Positions 13,051 to 22,876 of a stretch of DNA of 64,000 nucleotides are shown here, one piece after another. This DNA comes from Phallusia mammillata (lineage: Eukaryota), in NCBI GenBank assembly GCA_965637545.1, contig OZ281499.1, forward strand, positions 26,164,001 through 26,228,000. Direction: 5' to 3'. The notes beneath the pieces are model-generated. The model made no database searches, had not been told where the DNA came from, and saw only the letters and a list, made by a program, of their open reading frames with translations. Position 1 is the stretch's first letter; each line of letters begins with the position of its first letter. The position numbers were made by a program, and so were the translations under genes.

Positions 13051-13941
13051 CTAACCATCAACTGTAAAGGGTTGACTGCAGGTTAATTCAACTTTACTGG
13101 TTTCAGACAACTGCAACTTTTGTCGCTTCAAATCATTTGCTATTATCATTTGTTCCAACTGTTGCTGTTGAATTATAGCTATGTTTGATATTTGGACATA
13201 AATTTCTTTTTGTATGTCAACTATGTCCTTTTCTGGATCACGACGGCGGCGCTTTGCTTTGGGTTGTAATGATGCTTCAGAGTGTGACGATGCAGGGCTC
13301 ACTGGTTCTTCAATTATTTCAAAAAGACTGTCATCTATAGTCGAACATGTGAATGCCACCGGTTCTTCCACATCTTGAGGTGCTTGGCTTGTAGTGGCAA
13401 CCTGGGAAACACTTCCTACAAAAAAATTAAGCATTACAAGTGTATGAACCATTTCTAACGTAACAAAGGGTACTTAACTGTCACTGCTTTCAAGTGATGA
13501 TGCACCTTTTATTCCATACACTGCCTGTTGTCCAATTTGATAATGAACATCTGAAGGTGGTGTAGCTTTGTTCACACCACCACCAGTTTCAGTTGATTCT
13601 TTTTTCCATTCCGACACTGATTTTTTTGCAACACTTTTTAGATCCCACCACTTATGTTCCACTTGCTCAATTGTGCGATTAACACCACTGATATTGACTG
13701 AATTAACCTATAAAATATCATAATCTATGTACAGCAGTAATAAAAAAATATTGTGCACAAATCTTACCATAGTTGTCACTATTTTCCAAGCTTGTTGTTT
13801 TGAAGCAACTGTAATTTCTGGTGAAAATGAACCCAGAATGCATTTTGCATGTTTTTCCACTGCATTAACTAATGCTTCTACTTCAGCAGCTGTCCATCTT
13901 GGAGATCGCTTTTTCACAATTTTACTGGTCTTTGTATCCAT
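13051..13941 (-). CDS. Harbinger Myb/SANT-like DNA-binding protein, copy 1 (3 exons)
   Basis: ATG at 13941. Spliced sequence RSPRWTAAEVEALV..KQQAWKIVTTM|VNSVN..RTIEQVEHKWWDLK..TGGG, with phase-compatible GT-AG introns near 13708-13767 and 13418-13478. Confidence 0.88.
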
Positions 13942-14033
13942 AATCAATTTACTTTTTTTAAAAACTAAAGCTTACACAATGACTAAACACAAGAATAAAA
14001 TAATTCGGCGTAAAACTTCCAAAACAATGCCGC

Positions 14034-15261
14034 TGAAGCACCAGCCTCCTTAGAGCCTGTTGGGCGGCAGTTATGGTGTCTCAAGGGAATGGATAGATTG
14101 ATGACACAAGATTCTTCTCCGTTAGGACGCAACCACAATGGCCTTGCAGGTGCGGCGTGCGTTAGCGTGATCCACTCAAGTTGCTCACGATTAACCCGTT
14201 GATAGAGTCTCACTGCTTTACTTATTTCGTCTGGGTTGTTGCCGAAACTAGCCTGTTCAAGATCTGTGCTTGCAATTAAGCCTTGGAAGATTTCACACCT
14301 TATCTCCTGCAAACGTCGTCGTAGACCTTCAGCCAGATATTGATCTCGGTCACTTGTGAATTCGACTAAAGAGATCTCTTCCTCCAAAGAACAAGGCTTG
14401 AACTTCAAATCAAACTCTCTATGGTTAGAATTCCAGACAAAGGTTGGAACTGCGTTCTGAACCACAGTTAAACGATTTATCTCACGCTTAGCGACAGCAG
14501 AAAGTTGCAGTGTGTGATCGCGGACACGATTTAATTGTTCTTCGTCCTCCTCACGATTTCTGGATTGTCTGTACTGTCTAGTATAGTTAAAGAGTCTTGA
14601 GAACCTGATGTTTCTATGTCGGAATGAGCCTCTCAAATTCGCACGATTCATCACTATCTCAAATATCAGGCACACACAGAGTTGATTAACACTCTGTATT
14701 CTTGATTATTTGTCTTAAGCGATATCGTTGATTAGCTCTTGGCCAGCTAACCACAGCAGTGAGATAAAACCAAATTTAGCATCCACAAATAGAACCCACA
14801 AATAGAAGGCACAAATAGAACGGCGAAAACATCAAAGTCTACACTTATATAACAATGTGAAACCTTGGCCGGTGTACGAATTCTTTTTCTCATATTCCTT
14901 ATATTATTTATTTTAAGGTAGCCATGTAATTTATAATGCCATAGCGCCTTTTGGTGAACACCATATGCTTTTTCACAGGGTGGAAACGACGCGCTCTAAT
15001 ACGAAACACAACTGCTGAAACATTGCAAATATCGACGGAAACATGTGTCACAATGGAACAAACACTATGTTTACTGTTAGATCTTTCTGGAACCCGAAAA
15101 ATGGCTGAAAATAACTTATGACTACCATAGAAACGGAAATATAAACATTAGTCTATGCAGAAATGAGGGTAAACTTTTCCATTTCGTGGTGTGAAACGTT
15201 ATTGCGAAATAACATGCAATCGTTTTCATAAACATTGCACAATAGTGTTGTAACCGCTACA
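14034..15261 (-). repeat. 3' LTR of Gypsy-1 (1228 bp)
   Basis: Matches 23069-24296 and 32103-33330; starts TGTAGCGG and ends CTTCA on the minus strand. Confidence 0.93.
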
Positions 15262-15266
15262 AAAAG

Positions 15267-15280
15267 CTCCCCCCAAAAAA
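15267..15280 (-). other. Polypurine tract (GGGGGGAG) preceded by a U-tract; second copy near 24302
   Basis: The minus strand reads TTTTTTGGGGGGAGCTTTT immediately before the LTR start TGTAGC. Confidence 0.7.
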
Positions 15281-15639
15281 GGGTGCACAATGTGTTTGAA
15301 TGAAAAACACATTTTATCAATATTAATGGTCGTTAGCGACACGCGACGAGAGAGATTGGTCAATAGATGGCGGTAGGTGCTGTTACGTGGGGATTTATAC
15401 GTTGGGAAAAATATGCACAATTAAAGACGAAAAATGAACATAACAATTATATATCTTGTCAATAAGGGTATGACTCTTCGGCTCTTAGAATAAATATCGT
15501 AAGGAAAATAATAAACGTCGTCAAAACAAGGGTGGAAACAGAGAATATAATGTATAAGTATAGACTGGCGAAACATAATTTGATAAAATTGCACACAAGA
15601 ATGTTTTATCGATTATAATGCGGTTTGATAGCTATGATA

Positions 15640-15646
<7 letters not shown>

Positions 15647-15691
<45 letters not shown>

Positions 15692-15695
15692 TTTT
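15647..15695. repeat. (AT)14-T21 compound microsatellite; (AT)13-T22 in the second unit near 24682-24729
   Basis: Counted directly; accounts for the 1-bp difference in unit period. Confidence 0.9.
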
Positions 15696-16195
15696 ATAAG
15701 TATATGCGATTCTTGTATAAATATATTGCTTTTACACTATTGTTAAAAAGGAATGGGCGGAAAAATACAATGCAAATTCATACAACAAGTAATGTGTGTT
15801 ATTGAAATCTCCACCGGTTTCGAATTTTGAGTTTTTAGCCTTATATACAAGCATTGATTATATATTTTTGTAGTGGAGACACAATAAGGGTTTCTGCACT
15901 TGAATGAGAAAGGCGAAAACAAGGAAATACTTATATATGCAAAAAGAAATTGTCATGCAGAAACAAGGTTAGTAATATTCACGGATTAGATATATATATT
16001 GGTTTCCCTAAGCAAAATTTTGGTTGACTATTCTAGCAGAATGACAAACGTGAAACGTTAAAGTTAATGTGTTGTGGTATGATCAGTCAAACGGCTAGAG
16101 TAATATTACGTTCAGGCTTAGCTGAATGTGTGAAATGTTTAATAGTATAGTGTAACATATGCTGTTCGCTCAGCAACTAGTCTGGGAACAGTATT

Positions 16196-17645
16196 TCAGG
16201 CTTCTGGTTCTGTGTTAATCGCTTCCTGAGACTGACTATTTGTGTCGTCATCATTGTTTTGTTGTTGATGACGTAAATTCCAGTGGCGTTGTAATTCTGC
16301 AACTGCCTGGTTGATTTTTGGTCTTGCTATTGGTTGAATACGTTGAAAAAGATGCTTTAATGTTAACAAGGACAAGGCTATTCCCCAGAACAAAGCTTGG
16401 ATAACGAGGAAGGAGAGGAATGCATTTGCAGCAGGACTGGTCACAGAAGATAAAAGGGTGATGAAAGCTGACTTGAGAAGATTTTGCGGTAGAACCTTGT
16501 CATCAATTCCCCCTTCTGTGGAAAGGTTAGTTTGTGAGTCGAAGAAAACATTCATTCGTTCGTTGTTTAGTTGAGTGCTTGAGAGGACGGCTAGAACGTC
16601 CGATAATGCGCGATTTTCGCTAGGTATATATTTGAGAAGCTGGGCCGCTTCAACGAAATCATAAGATTGAAAAGATTCATTTATCATCTTGATAATAGGA
16701 GAAAGTAGTTGGATATTGGTTTCGACTCTTGCAAGAGTATAATTGACGAATAAGTAATAAGTATTATGAACTTTGAAAGTGAACATTCGGTTGGCCCGAA
16801 ATGTTTCCTTGTAAACTAGGTCTGGGAAAACATTACTCTGGTCATAAAGTTGGTAGGTCTTTTCATCGTTGTTCACGTGGCCATCATGAACTTTTACGAA
16901 AAAAGGCCTTGTAGCAAAGTAATTGCTATTCTTTATTCGCAGACTTCGCAACAAACGCATTTTTGATGTGGTACAAGCGGTCTCTAAGAGTATGTCGCCG
17001 TGCGTTATCGCTGCTATGGGCTTTCCCTTCAGGTAGGATAATATCTGGCTTGGGGAAATATGCGCGCTGGCCCCAGCCAGTAATGCCGTTATTTGTGTAG
17101 ATTGGCATTGAAAGTATAAGATGTCTGACAGCTGTCTTCTAAATGTTTAGGCTGAGTTGTAAATGTAGGACTCAAAAATATCGTTTGTAGACTTGTAAAT
17201 AGTTGGAGCATGTTGCTCGAAATGTCTTTTTGTAGACTTGAAAATAGTTGGAGCTTGTTGCTCGAAATATCTTTTTGTAGACTTGAAAATAGTTGGAGCT
17301 TGTTGCTCGAAATATCTTTTTGTAGACTTGAAAATAGTTGGAGCTTGTTGCTCGAAATATCTTTTTGTAGACTTGAAAATAGTTGGAGCTTGTTGCTCGA
17401 AATATCTTTTTGTAGACTTGAAAATAGTTGGAGCTCGTTGCTCGAAATATCTTTTTGTAGACTTGAAAATAGTTGGAGTTTATTGCTCGAAATATCTTTT
17501 TGTAGACTTGTTGATGGGAACATACATTCATATTGTAGAGTAGGGACGGGTTTACGCAATGCACAACTGAAAATAAGATGTATATACATATGTACAATTT
17601 GTTAACTCGTAGTAGACTAATCAGATTCAACAAGGTAGTCGTCAT
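16196..17645 (-). pseudogene. env: env-like glycoprotein of the gB / class III fusion type, internally deleted and frameshifted, copy 1
   Basis: ATG at 17645 gives a signal-like MTTTLLNLISLLRVNKLYICIYILFSVVHC, then YNMNVCSHQQ. After the 45-bp array a second frame (17146-16196, 316 aa) reads ..[53 protein letters not shown].., with NYT/NES/NLS sequons, one transmembrane helix (~16358-16423) and a C-terminal tail. Confidence 0.75.
17175..17510. repeat. 45-bp tandem array, 7 full units plus a partial one; second copy at 26209-26544
   Basis: GTAGACTTG recurs at 17187, 17232, 17277, 17322, 17367, 17412, 17457 and 17502. Confidence 0.97.
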
Positions 17646-20600
17646 ATCTGCTTGGGCGCTGTGTATTCCTTCTTGGGCGAGCTGGGGCTGCTTGGGCTTC
17701 ATTGGGTAAGACTTCAATGCTTGTGTCTGTCTGACTTTCCTCTGATTGCTCAGGTGGCTGGTCTGCGGTTTGGAAGTCTCGTTCTGGATGAGTGATTTCG
17801 CTTTGTGGTTCTGCCAAGTCGAGTTCTGGATGACTGATTTCATCGTGAGATTGTGCCAAATCGAGATTCGGTTGGCTGATTTCCGTTGCTGGAGTTTGAT
17901 TGTTATAGACTGGAGAGATGTTGTCATCTGTAAGCGGTTGCGGGAGATCAAAGGAACAGGAGGGCGTTTCTTGTTGTGGACTGGAGTGGGAGATCGTCTC
18001 ATTTTCGGTGAGTGATTGGTCTATCTTTTCTTCTGTCTCTAAAGAAGTTGAATTATTGTCATCTAACTGCTGTTGCTCATTAGTCGCATTAGTGCAGCTT
18101 GTTAGTGGCTGAGCTAGAGAATCTGGCGATTCTAAAAAATCTGGAACAAAATCAAGTAAACGCTCTGCAGGTTTCAAACGATTTAAAGAAACAACGTAAG
18201 GTTTGCCGTGACGCATTATTGTATAGTATTTAGCTCTGCGTTGCAAGACTTCAAAAGGGCCGGTATAAGCACCGTCTAAAGGAGCTTTTCTAGCATCTGT
18301 TCGCATAAACACATGGCTGCAACTGTATAGTCGCGGGTCCATGAAGGTCTCTTGGTTGTGAAGGAGCCGTGTTGGTGTATACTTGAATTGGTTGAAATAT
18401 CTTCTTTGTGCTCGCAGAAATTCACCCGAAGGAGAGGCACTAGATGGATCCGGTGGATTTATACAAGTTCCAGGTAATCTCATTTGTTGTCCCCACATGA
18501 TTTCGGAGCTGGATGCCCCCAAGTCGTCATTGTGTGTTGCGTTTAATGCCAGGACGGCTAAAGGTAGGGCGTAGTACCAATCACCTTTTTCTGCTAGGCT
18601 GCGTAAAGCACGTTTTATGTTTCTGTTCTTTCGTTCGACTGCGCCGTTCGCGTTGGCGCAATAAGCTGACGTAGTGAAATGTTGAATATTCAAGAAGTTC
18701 ATGGCCTGTTGCCATTCCTCATTAGTAAACGAGGAGCCTCTGTCTGATGATAGATAGGAAGGCGTCCCATAAACACTCACGTAATTGTATAGAAACGCAT
18801 TTATTATGGTAGAAGTTTTAGCATCTTTTAATGGTACCGCCACAATATGTCTTGTGAACCGGTCAACCATGACCAAAATGTGACAATGGCCGTTAGAATC
18901 ATTCAACTTTCCAATTAGATCAATGTTAATGTGCTGGCCTTTCTGACTTACGGGAGGATAACGTTGAAAGGGCGTCTTCACATGACGAATTACTTTAGTA
19001 CGCTGGCAAACCTGGCATGAACGTGACCACGTGACTACATCGCGTTTTAATCCCGGCCAGACAAACCGTTTAGCCACTAATTTGACTGTTGGTTTTACTC
19101 CAGGATGGCTCAAGTTGTGGATCAAGTCATAGGCGAGCTTCCTGTAACCTGGCGGAAGAAGAGGGCGAGGTGATCCCGGAATGCTCTCATCACAAATAAG
19201 TTTGAGGTTGCTGTTTGGTAAGTTGTGTAATTTTAAGTTTAAAGAATGTTCAGCAGAATTGCAAAAGGCTTGCAAGTCACTGTCATTGGCCTGAGCCTTA
19301 GCTATCGTCTCATAGTCTAGCTTGTTTGCATGGTGGTAAATGGCATTAATGCTTGACCTTGATAAACAATCAGCTACTGTATTTTTAGCGCCTGGCAAAT
19401 ATTCAATGTCAGAAGTGAACTCTGAAATGAAGGCAAGAGCACGAGCTTGTCGTCTGTTAGCGATGTCCCTTCCTGTTACTATAGCAGAACATAAGGGGCG
19501 ATGGTCGGTGTAAATCTTGAAATTACATCCTTCTAAGTAATGCCTGAAATTTTTGAGTGCGATTACAATCGCCGTGAGCTCTCGGTCGAATGTACTGTAT
19601 TTTCTTTCAGTTTTTGAGAACGTTTTCGAAAAGAAAGCCAAAGGTTGTACCTTTCCTTCAAAAGATTGATGCAACACTGCACCCATGGCCACATCCGAAG
19701 CATCTGTGGTGAGTGAAAGTTGTGCTTTTGCGTTAGGAAAAGCTAATTCAGTTTGTTGGATAAGAAGTTCTTTTGCTCGTTCAAATGCTTTTTGTGCCTC
19801 TGGTGGCCAATTGACTCTGCTATTGTTCCGTCTGTTGCCTTTTAATAGGTCATATATGGGAGCTAGCACGCCTGATATGTTAGGTAAATGTGCCGCATAA
19901 AAGTTTATCATTCCACAAAAGCGACGGACTTGTTTAACTGTAGTTGGTCTTGGAAAATCCGTGATAGCTTGTACCTTTGATGGGATAGGTCTGATCCCAG
20001 TTGGCGCTATGAGGTGGCCCAGGAAAGTTATCTGCGCACGGCCAAATTGGCATTTTGCAGGGTTTATGTACAAGCCAAAATCACTGAGGCGCTGGAAAAC
20101 CTGTTTAAGATGCTCTAAGTGTTCTTCCTCATTCTTTGAGTAAATTAATAAATCGTCAACGTATCCAGTCACATTAGTTAAGCCTTCCAGAGCCATATCA
20201 AGCAATTGGGACATGAAACTCGCGCTATTCACTAAACCCATCGGTAACCTCTGGTACACAAAACAACCAACGGGGGTCCGAATTGCTGTTCTGGGTTGAT
20301 GTTCCTCCGCGATTTTTATCTGATAAAAAGCTTCCTTCAAATCGACTTTACTGAATATTTTGCATCCATGTAGAGCAATAAATGATTGACTTAGGCGCGG
20401 CATTGGATAGTTTGTCTTTTCCGTGCAGCTGTTCAAGACACGGGCATCTGAGACAATTCGCAAATCTTCTGTGCCTTTTTTAGCCACTAAGTGGATGGCC
20501 ATGCCAAATTGAGATTGCGCTCTTCTGAGAATGCCTCGTCTACACATGTCTTCAAGTTGCTTCTTCATGCGATCAAAATATTCCGGGCGGACTCGCCTAG

Positions 20601-22362
20601 CCTTTTGTACTGCTGGCATCCGGTGAAGCGGAATTCTGGCCACTATCGGATGCTTGGGCTCACGGTGATAATTTGGGACAGCAGTTATCTCGGGAAATTT
20701 CGCTAACAGGTCAGTATATTTTTTGTTGTGCAGGACTGGGGCTTGAAGCAGCAATTGGTTGTCTTTTGGGCTTATGCTAACCTGCTTTCCAGTAGTGTTG
20801 CATTTCAAAAACCCGCCTTGTGGATTCAAACTTAGATTTTGTGCCTGTAAAAAGTCAAAACCTAAAATAGGATAGGAGATTTCAACTTGATCAAATTCTA
20901 CTTCAACAGGACCAAAACCAATATCGACCGTCTGTAATGACTTTCCAAAACACTGTATAGGCTGACCAGATACTGTAGTATATTTGCTCATCTCCTTTTG
21001 TGGTTTCAGACCTGCTTTGGCTGGGATAAAGCTTCCTGCGCTGCCGCTGTCAATCAAAAACTCCGTATTAGAAAGCACATCTTTGACACGAGGTAAGTTC
21101 TTGTCTATTGTTTGAATAGCATTCAGAGTTTGTCTTGGTATTGCAATCTGTAACCCTTCATGATATTTTGGGCATGGAGGACCATAACATTTGAAAGCTT
21201 TGTCCTTGTAGCGTTCATGTATGTAGCAAAGGTTTGGTGGATTAGGATTTTGACGTCCAGGGCGGTATTCCTGGTTCGCTTGAGTGAATTGAGGGTTTCT
21301 TTCATGCTGTGGACGAGTGTCTGTTGGAATGTATTCTGGCCTTTGCTGCTGTTTAGGGGGTCCCCAGAAACGCGGTTGATTGAATTGTTGGTTTCGCTGG
21401 AATTGCTGCTGGTTGTAATAGTTTTGACGGCTATAATTTCCTTGAAAACGCGGTGGAAATTGATTGTTTTGTTGAAAATTTGGTCGTCTATTGTCATTTT
21501 GAAATCGCTGGTTTGAGTAGCGTTGCTGACGGAAAGGTTGCTGTCCCCTGGACATATGTGTTAAGACTTCATCTAATTTTGCTGAAAGTTGTGTTACTTC
21601 AGAGTTTTTTCCATCTTGTGTTGGCTTATTATCGCTGAAATCGCCGGCAACATAACGGTCATAGTATTTTGCCATGTCCATAAGAGTGTCAAATTTCGTA
21701 GCTCTTATTAGCGGTCTGACATGAGTGGGAAGTAGATTTAAGAATGTGTTTTCCACTAGTTCTTTTATGGTTGGGTCATCTGACACTTTTCTGGGACAAA
21801 CAGATAATAATTTTTGTAGCAACTCAAAGGCTGATTCATTGTTGGGGTCGAAAGTTATATCATTCATTAACTGGATCCAAGAGGATTTTCCACCACTTTG
21901 CAGCTGTGAAATCATTAAGTCTTTAATTGAATCATAAGGTTTCTCAGAGTCTGAGGCTTGAACAATAGCAGAACGAAACTTGTCTGTCTGTTTGTCATTG
22001 AAACTGGTTATCAACAGCGAAAAGCGTGCGTTATCATCTATGACCTTGTTTGTGTCAAAGAAGTTATCTAAAACCTTGAAGTAAGTTTTAATATCTTTTT
22101 TATGAGACCATAATGGTGGGATTTTCAACACAGACATACGCATTGTGTCTAATTCTTGGTGTAGAATGTTAGTAGACATATTAGTAACTGGAACAACAAA
22201 TTTTGCAGAACCGCATAATGCTGGTCCGCTTAAATTCTGAGATGCGCGGTCAGACTGTGTTGGTGCTATGTCGTCATTAGTTAAGTCATTTCCTGACAGC
22301 TGTTGTTGTTGACTTGCTTCAAAGATACTGGCAGATTCATCAGAGTTACTGGCAGTTGCCAT
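17617..22362 (-). CDS. gag-pol: Gypsy-1 gag-pol polyprotein in a single open frame, apparently intact
   Basis: First ATG at 22362 (the track starts at GTG 22389). Gag PPLW and CHCC knuckle CYIHERYKDKAFKCYGPPC; protease FLIDSG; RT YVDD; RNase H TDAS..ELTA; integrase HHCC, D-D-E and GPF. Confidence 0.96.
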   Translation of the reverse strand: MATASNSDESASIFEASQQQQLSGNDLTNDDIAPTQSDRASQNLSGPALCGSAKFVVPVTNMSTNILHQELDTMRMSVLKIPPLWSHKKDIKTYFKVLDNFFDTNKVIDDNARFSLLITSFNDKQTDKFRSAIVQASDSEKPYDSIKDLMISQLQSGGKSSWIQLMNDITFDPNNESAFELLQKLLSVCPRKVSDDPTIKELVENTFLNLLPTHVRPLIRATKFDTLMDMAKYYDRYVAGDFSDNKPTQDGKNSEVTQLSAKLDEVLTHMSRGQQPFRQQRYSNQRFQNDNRRPNFQQNNQFPPRFQGNYSRQNYYNQQQFQRNQQFNQPRFWGPPKQQQRPEYIPTDTRPQHERNPQFTQANQEYRPGRQNPNPPNLCYIHERYKDKAFKCYGPPCPKYHEGLQIAIPRQTLNAIQTIDKNLPRVKDVLSNTEFLIDSGSAGSFIPAKAGLKPQKEMSKYTTVSGQPIQCFGKSLQTVDIGFGPVEVEFDQVEISYPILGFDFLQAQNLSLNPQGGFLKCNTTGKQVSISPKDNQLLLQAPVLHNKKYTDLLAKFPEITAVPNYHREPKHPIVARIPLHRMPAVQKARRVRPEYFDRMKKQLEDMCRRGILRRAQSQFGMAIHLVAKKGTEDLRIVSDARVLNSCTEKTNYPMPRLSQSFIALHGCKIFSKVDLKEAFYQIKIAEEHQPRTAIRTPVGCFVYQRLPMGLVNSASFMSQLLDMALEGLTNVTGYVDDLLIYSKNEEEHLEHLKQVFQRLSDFGLYINPAKCQFGRAQITFLGHLIAPTGIRPIPSKVQAITDFPRPTTVKQVRRFCGMINFYAAHLPNISGVLAPIYDLLKGNRRNNSRVNWPPEAQKAFERAKELLIQQTELAFPNAKAQLSLTTDASDVAMGAVLHQSFEGKVQPLAFFSKTFSKTERKYSTFDRELTAIVIALKNFRHYLEGCNFKIYTDHRPLCSAIVTGRDIANRRQARALAFISEFTSDIEYLPGAKNTVADCLSRSSINAIYHHANKLDYETIAKAQANDSDLQAFCNSAEHSLNLKLHNLPNSNLKLICDESIPGSPRPLLPPGYRKLAYDLIHNLSHPGVKPTVKLVAKRFVWPGLKRDVVTWSRSCQVCQRTKVIRHVKTPFQRYPPVSQKGQHINIDLIGKLNDSNGHCHILVMVDRFTRHIVAVPLKDAKTSTIINAFLYNYVSVYGTPSYLSSDRGSSFTNEEWQQAMNFLNIQHFTTSAYCANANGAVERKNRNIKRALRSLAEKGDWYYALPLAVLALNATHNDDLGASSSEIMWGQQMRLPGTCINPPDPSSASPSGEFLRAQRRYFNQFKYTPTRLLHNQETFMDPRLYSCSHVFMRTDARKAPLDGAYTGPFEVLQRRAKYYTIMRHGKPYVVSLNRLKPAERLLDFVPDFLESPDSLAQPLTSCTNATNEQQQLDDNNSTSLETEEKIDQSLTENETISHSSPQQETPSCSFDLPQPLTDDNISPVYNNQTPATEISQPNLDLAQSHDEISHPELDLAEPQSEITHPERDFQTADQPPEQSEESQTDTSIEVLPNEAQAAPARPRRNTQRPSRYDDYLVESD

Positions 22363-22528
22363 ATTAGATTTGCTTCTAGTATTGTACACGTGGGCTGACT
22401 TTTTATGTGCAGGCGTAGATTTTCCCTTTGATTTGGCCTTTGAACCCTGACCTAGCGTGACTGAGCGAACTATTTTTGACAGTGTGAATGTTGTGTTTTT
22501 AACTTAGTGTGGGAAAACGTTTGAGTCC

Positions 22529-22876
22529 CTATAGAAACGGTTGAAACCAGACCAAACCAATATATATATATAAGAGCAACAAATGTTAGTATTGCAGAAC
22601 AGAAAAACGTTTCCGGCTTAGACAAAGCCGCTCTTGTGAAACGTGAAATTAAATGTAATCAGAAAAACACACAGGCTGTATTGCATGCGCTATTTGATTG
22701 TTAACTTGACACAAGTTCCTTTACTTTAAGATTTATAATTAAATTAGAATGAATGTATATACACAAAATGATTATTGCTTGAACAAAGCTTCAATCAAAA
22801 TCAATTTTATCACACAACGTTTAAAATGTCTGAAAATCGTTAGGATTCAAGTGCAGAAAATGCTGCGCACACTTAC
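22529..22876 (-). other. Candidate 348-nt intron in the Gypsy-1 leader; second copy at 31563-31910
   Basis: Donor GTAAGT at 22876 directly after the ORF0 stop codon, TACTAAC at 22591-22585, then a pyrimidine-rich tract and TAG acceptor at 22529. Confidence 0.55.

Noticed and set aside
13983-14675. 230-aa ORF as a separate gene
   Set aside because: It is the 3' LTR copy of ORF0 running into the Harbinger flank.
17175-17510. 45-bp array as a CRISPR array
   Set aside because: The units are contiguous with no unique spacers, there are no cas genes, and the context is eukaryotic.
17139-17600. Intron removing the env array and the TAA using the CATTTAG acceptor at 17139
   Set aside because: Restoring the frame needs a phase-2 donor, but the good donors (GTATGT, GTAAAC) are phase 0; the product would still lack the deleted domains.
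17089-17605. ORFs 17089-17589, 17210-17605 and 17238-17543 as genes
   Set aside because: They are open only because a stop-free 45-nt unit repeats in frame; they show no independent protein features.
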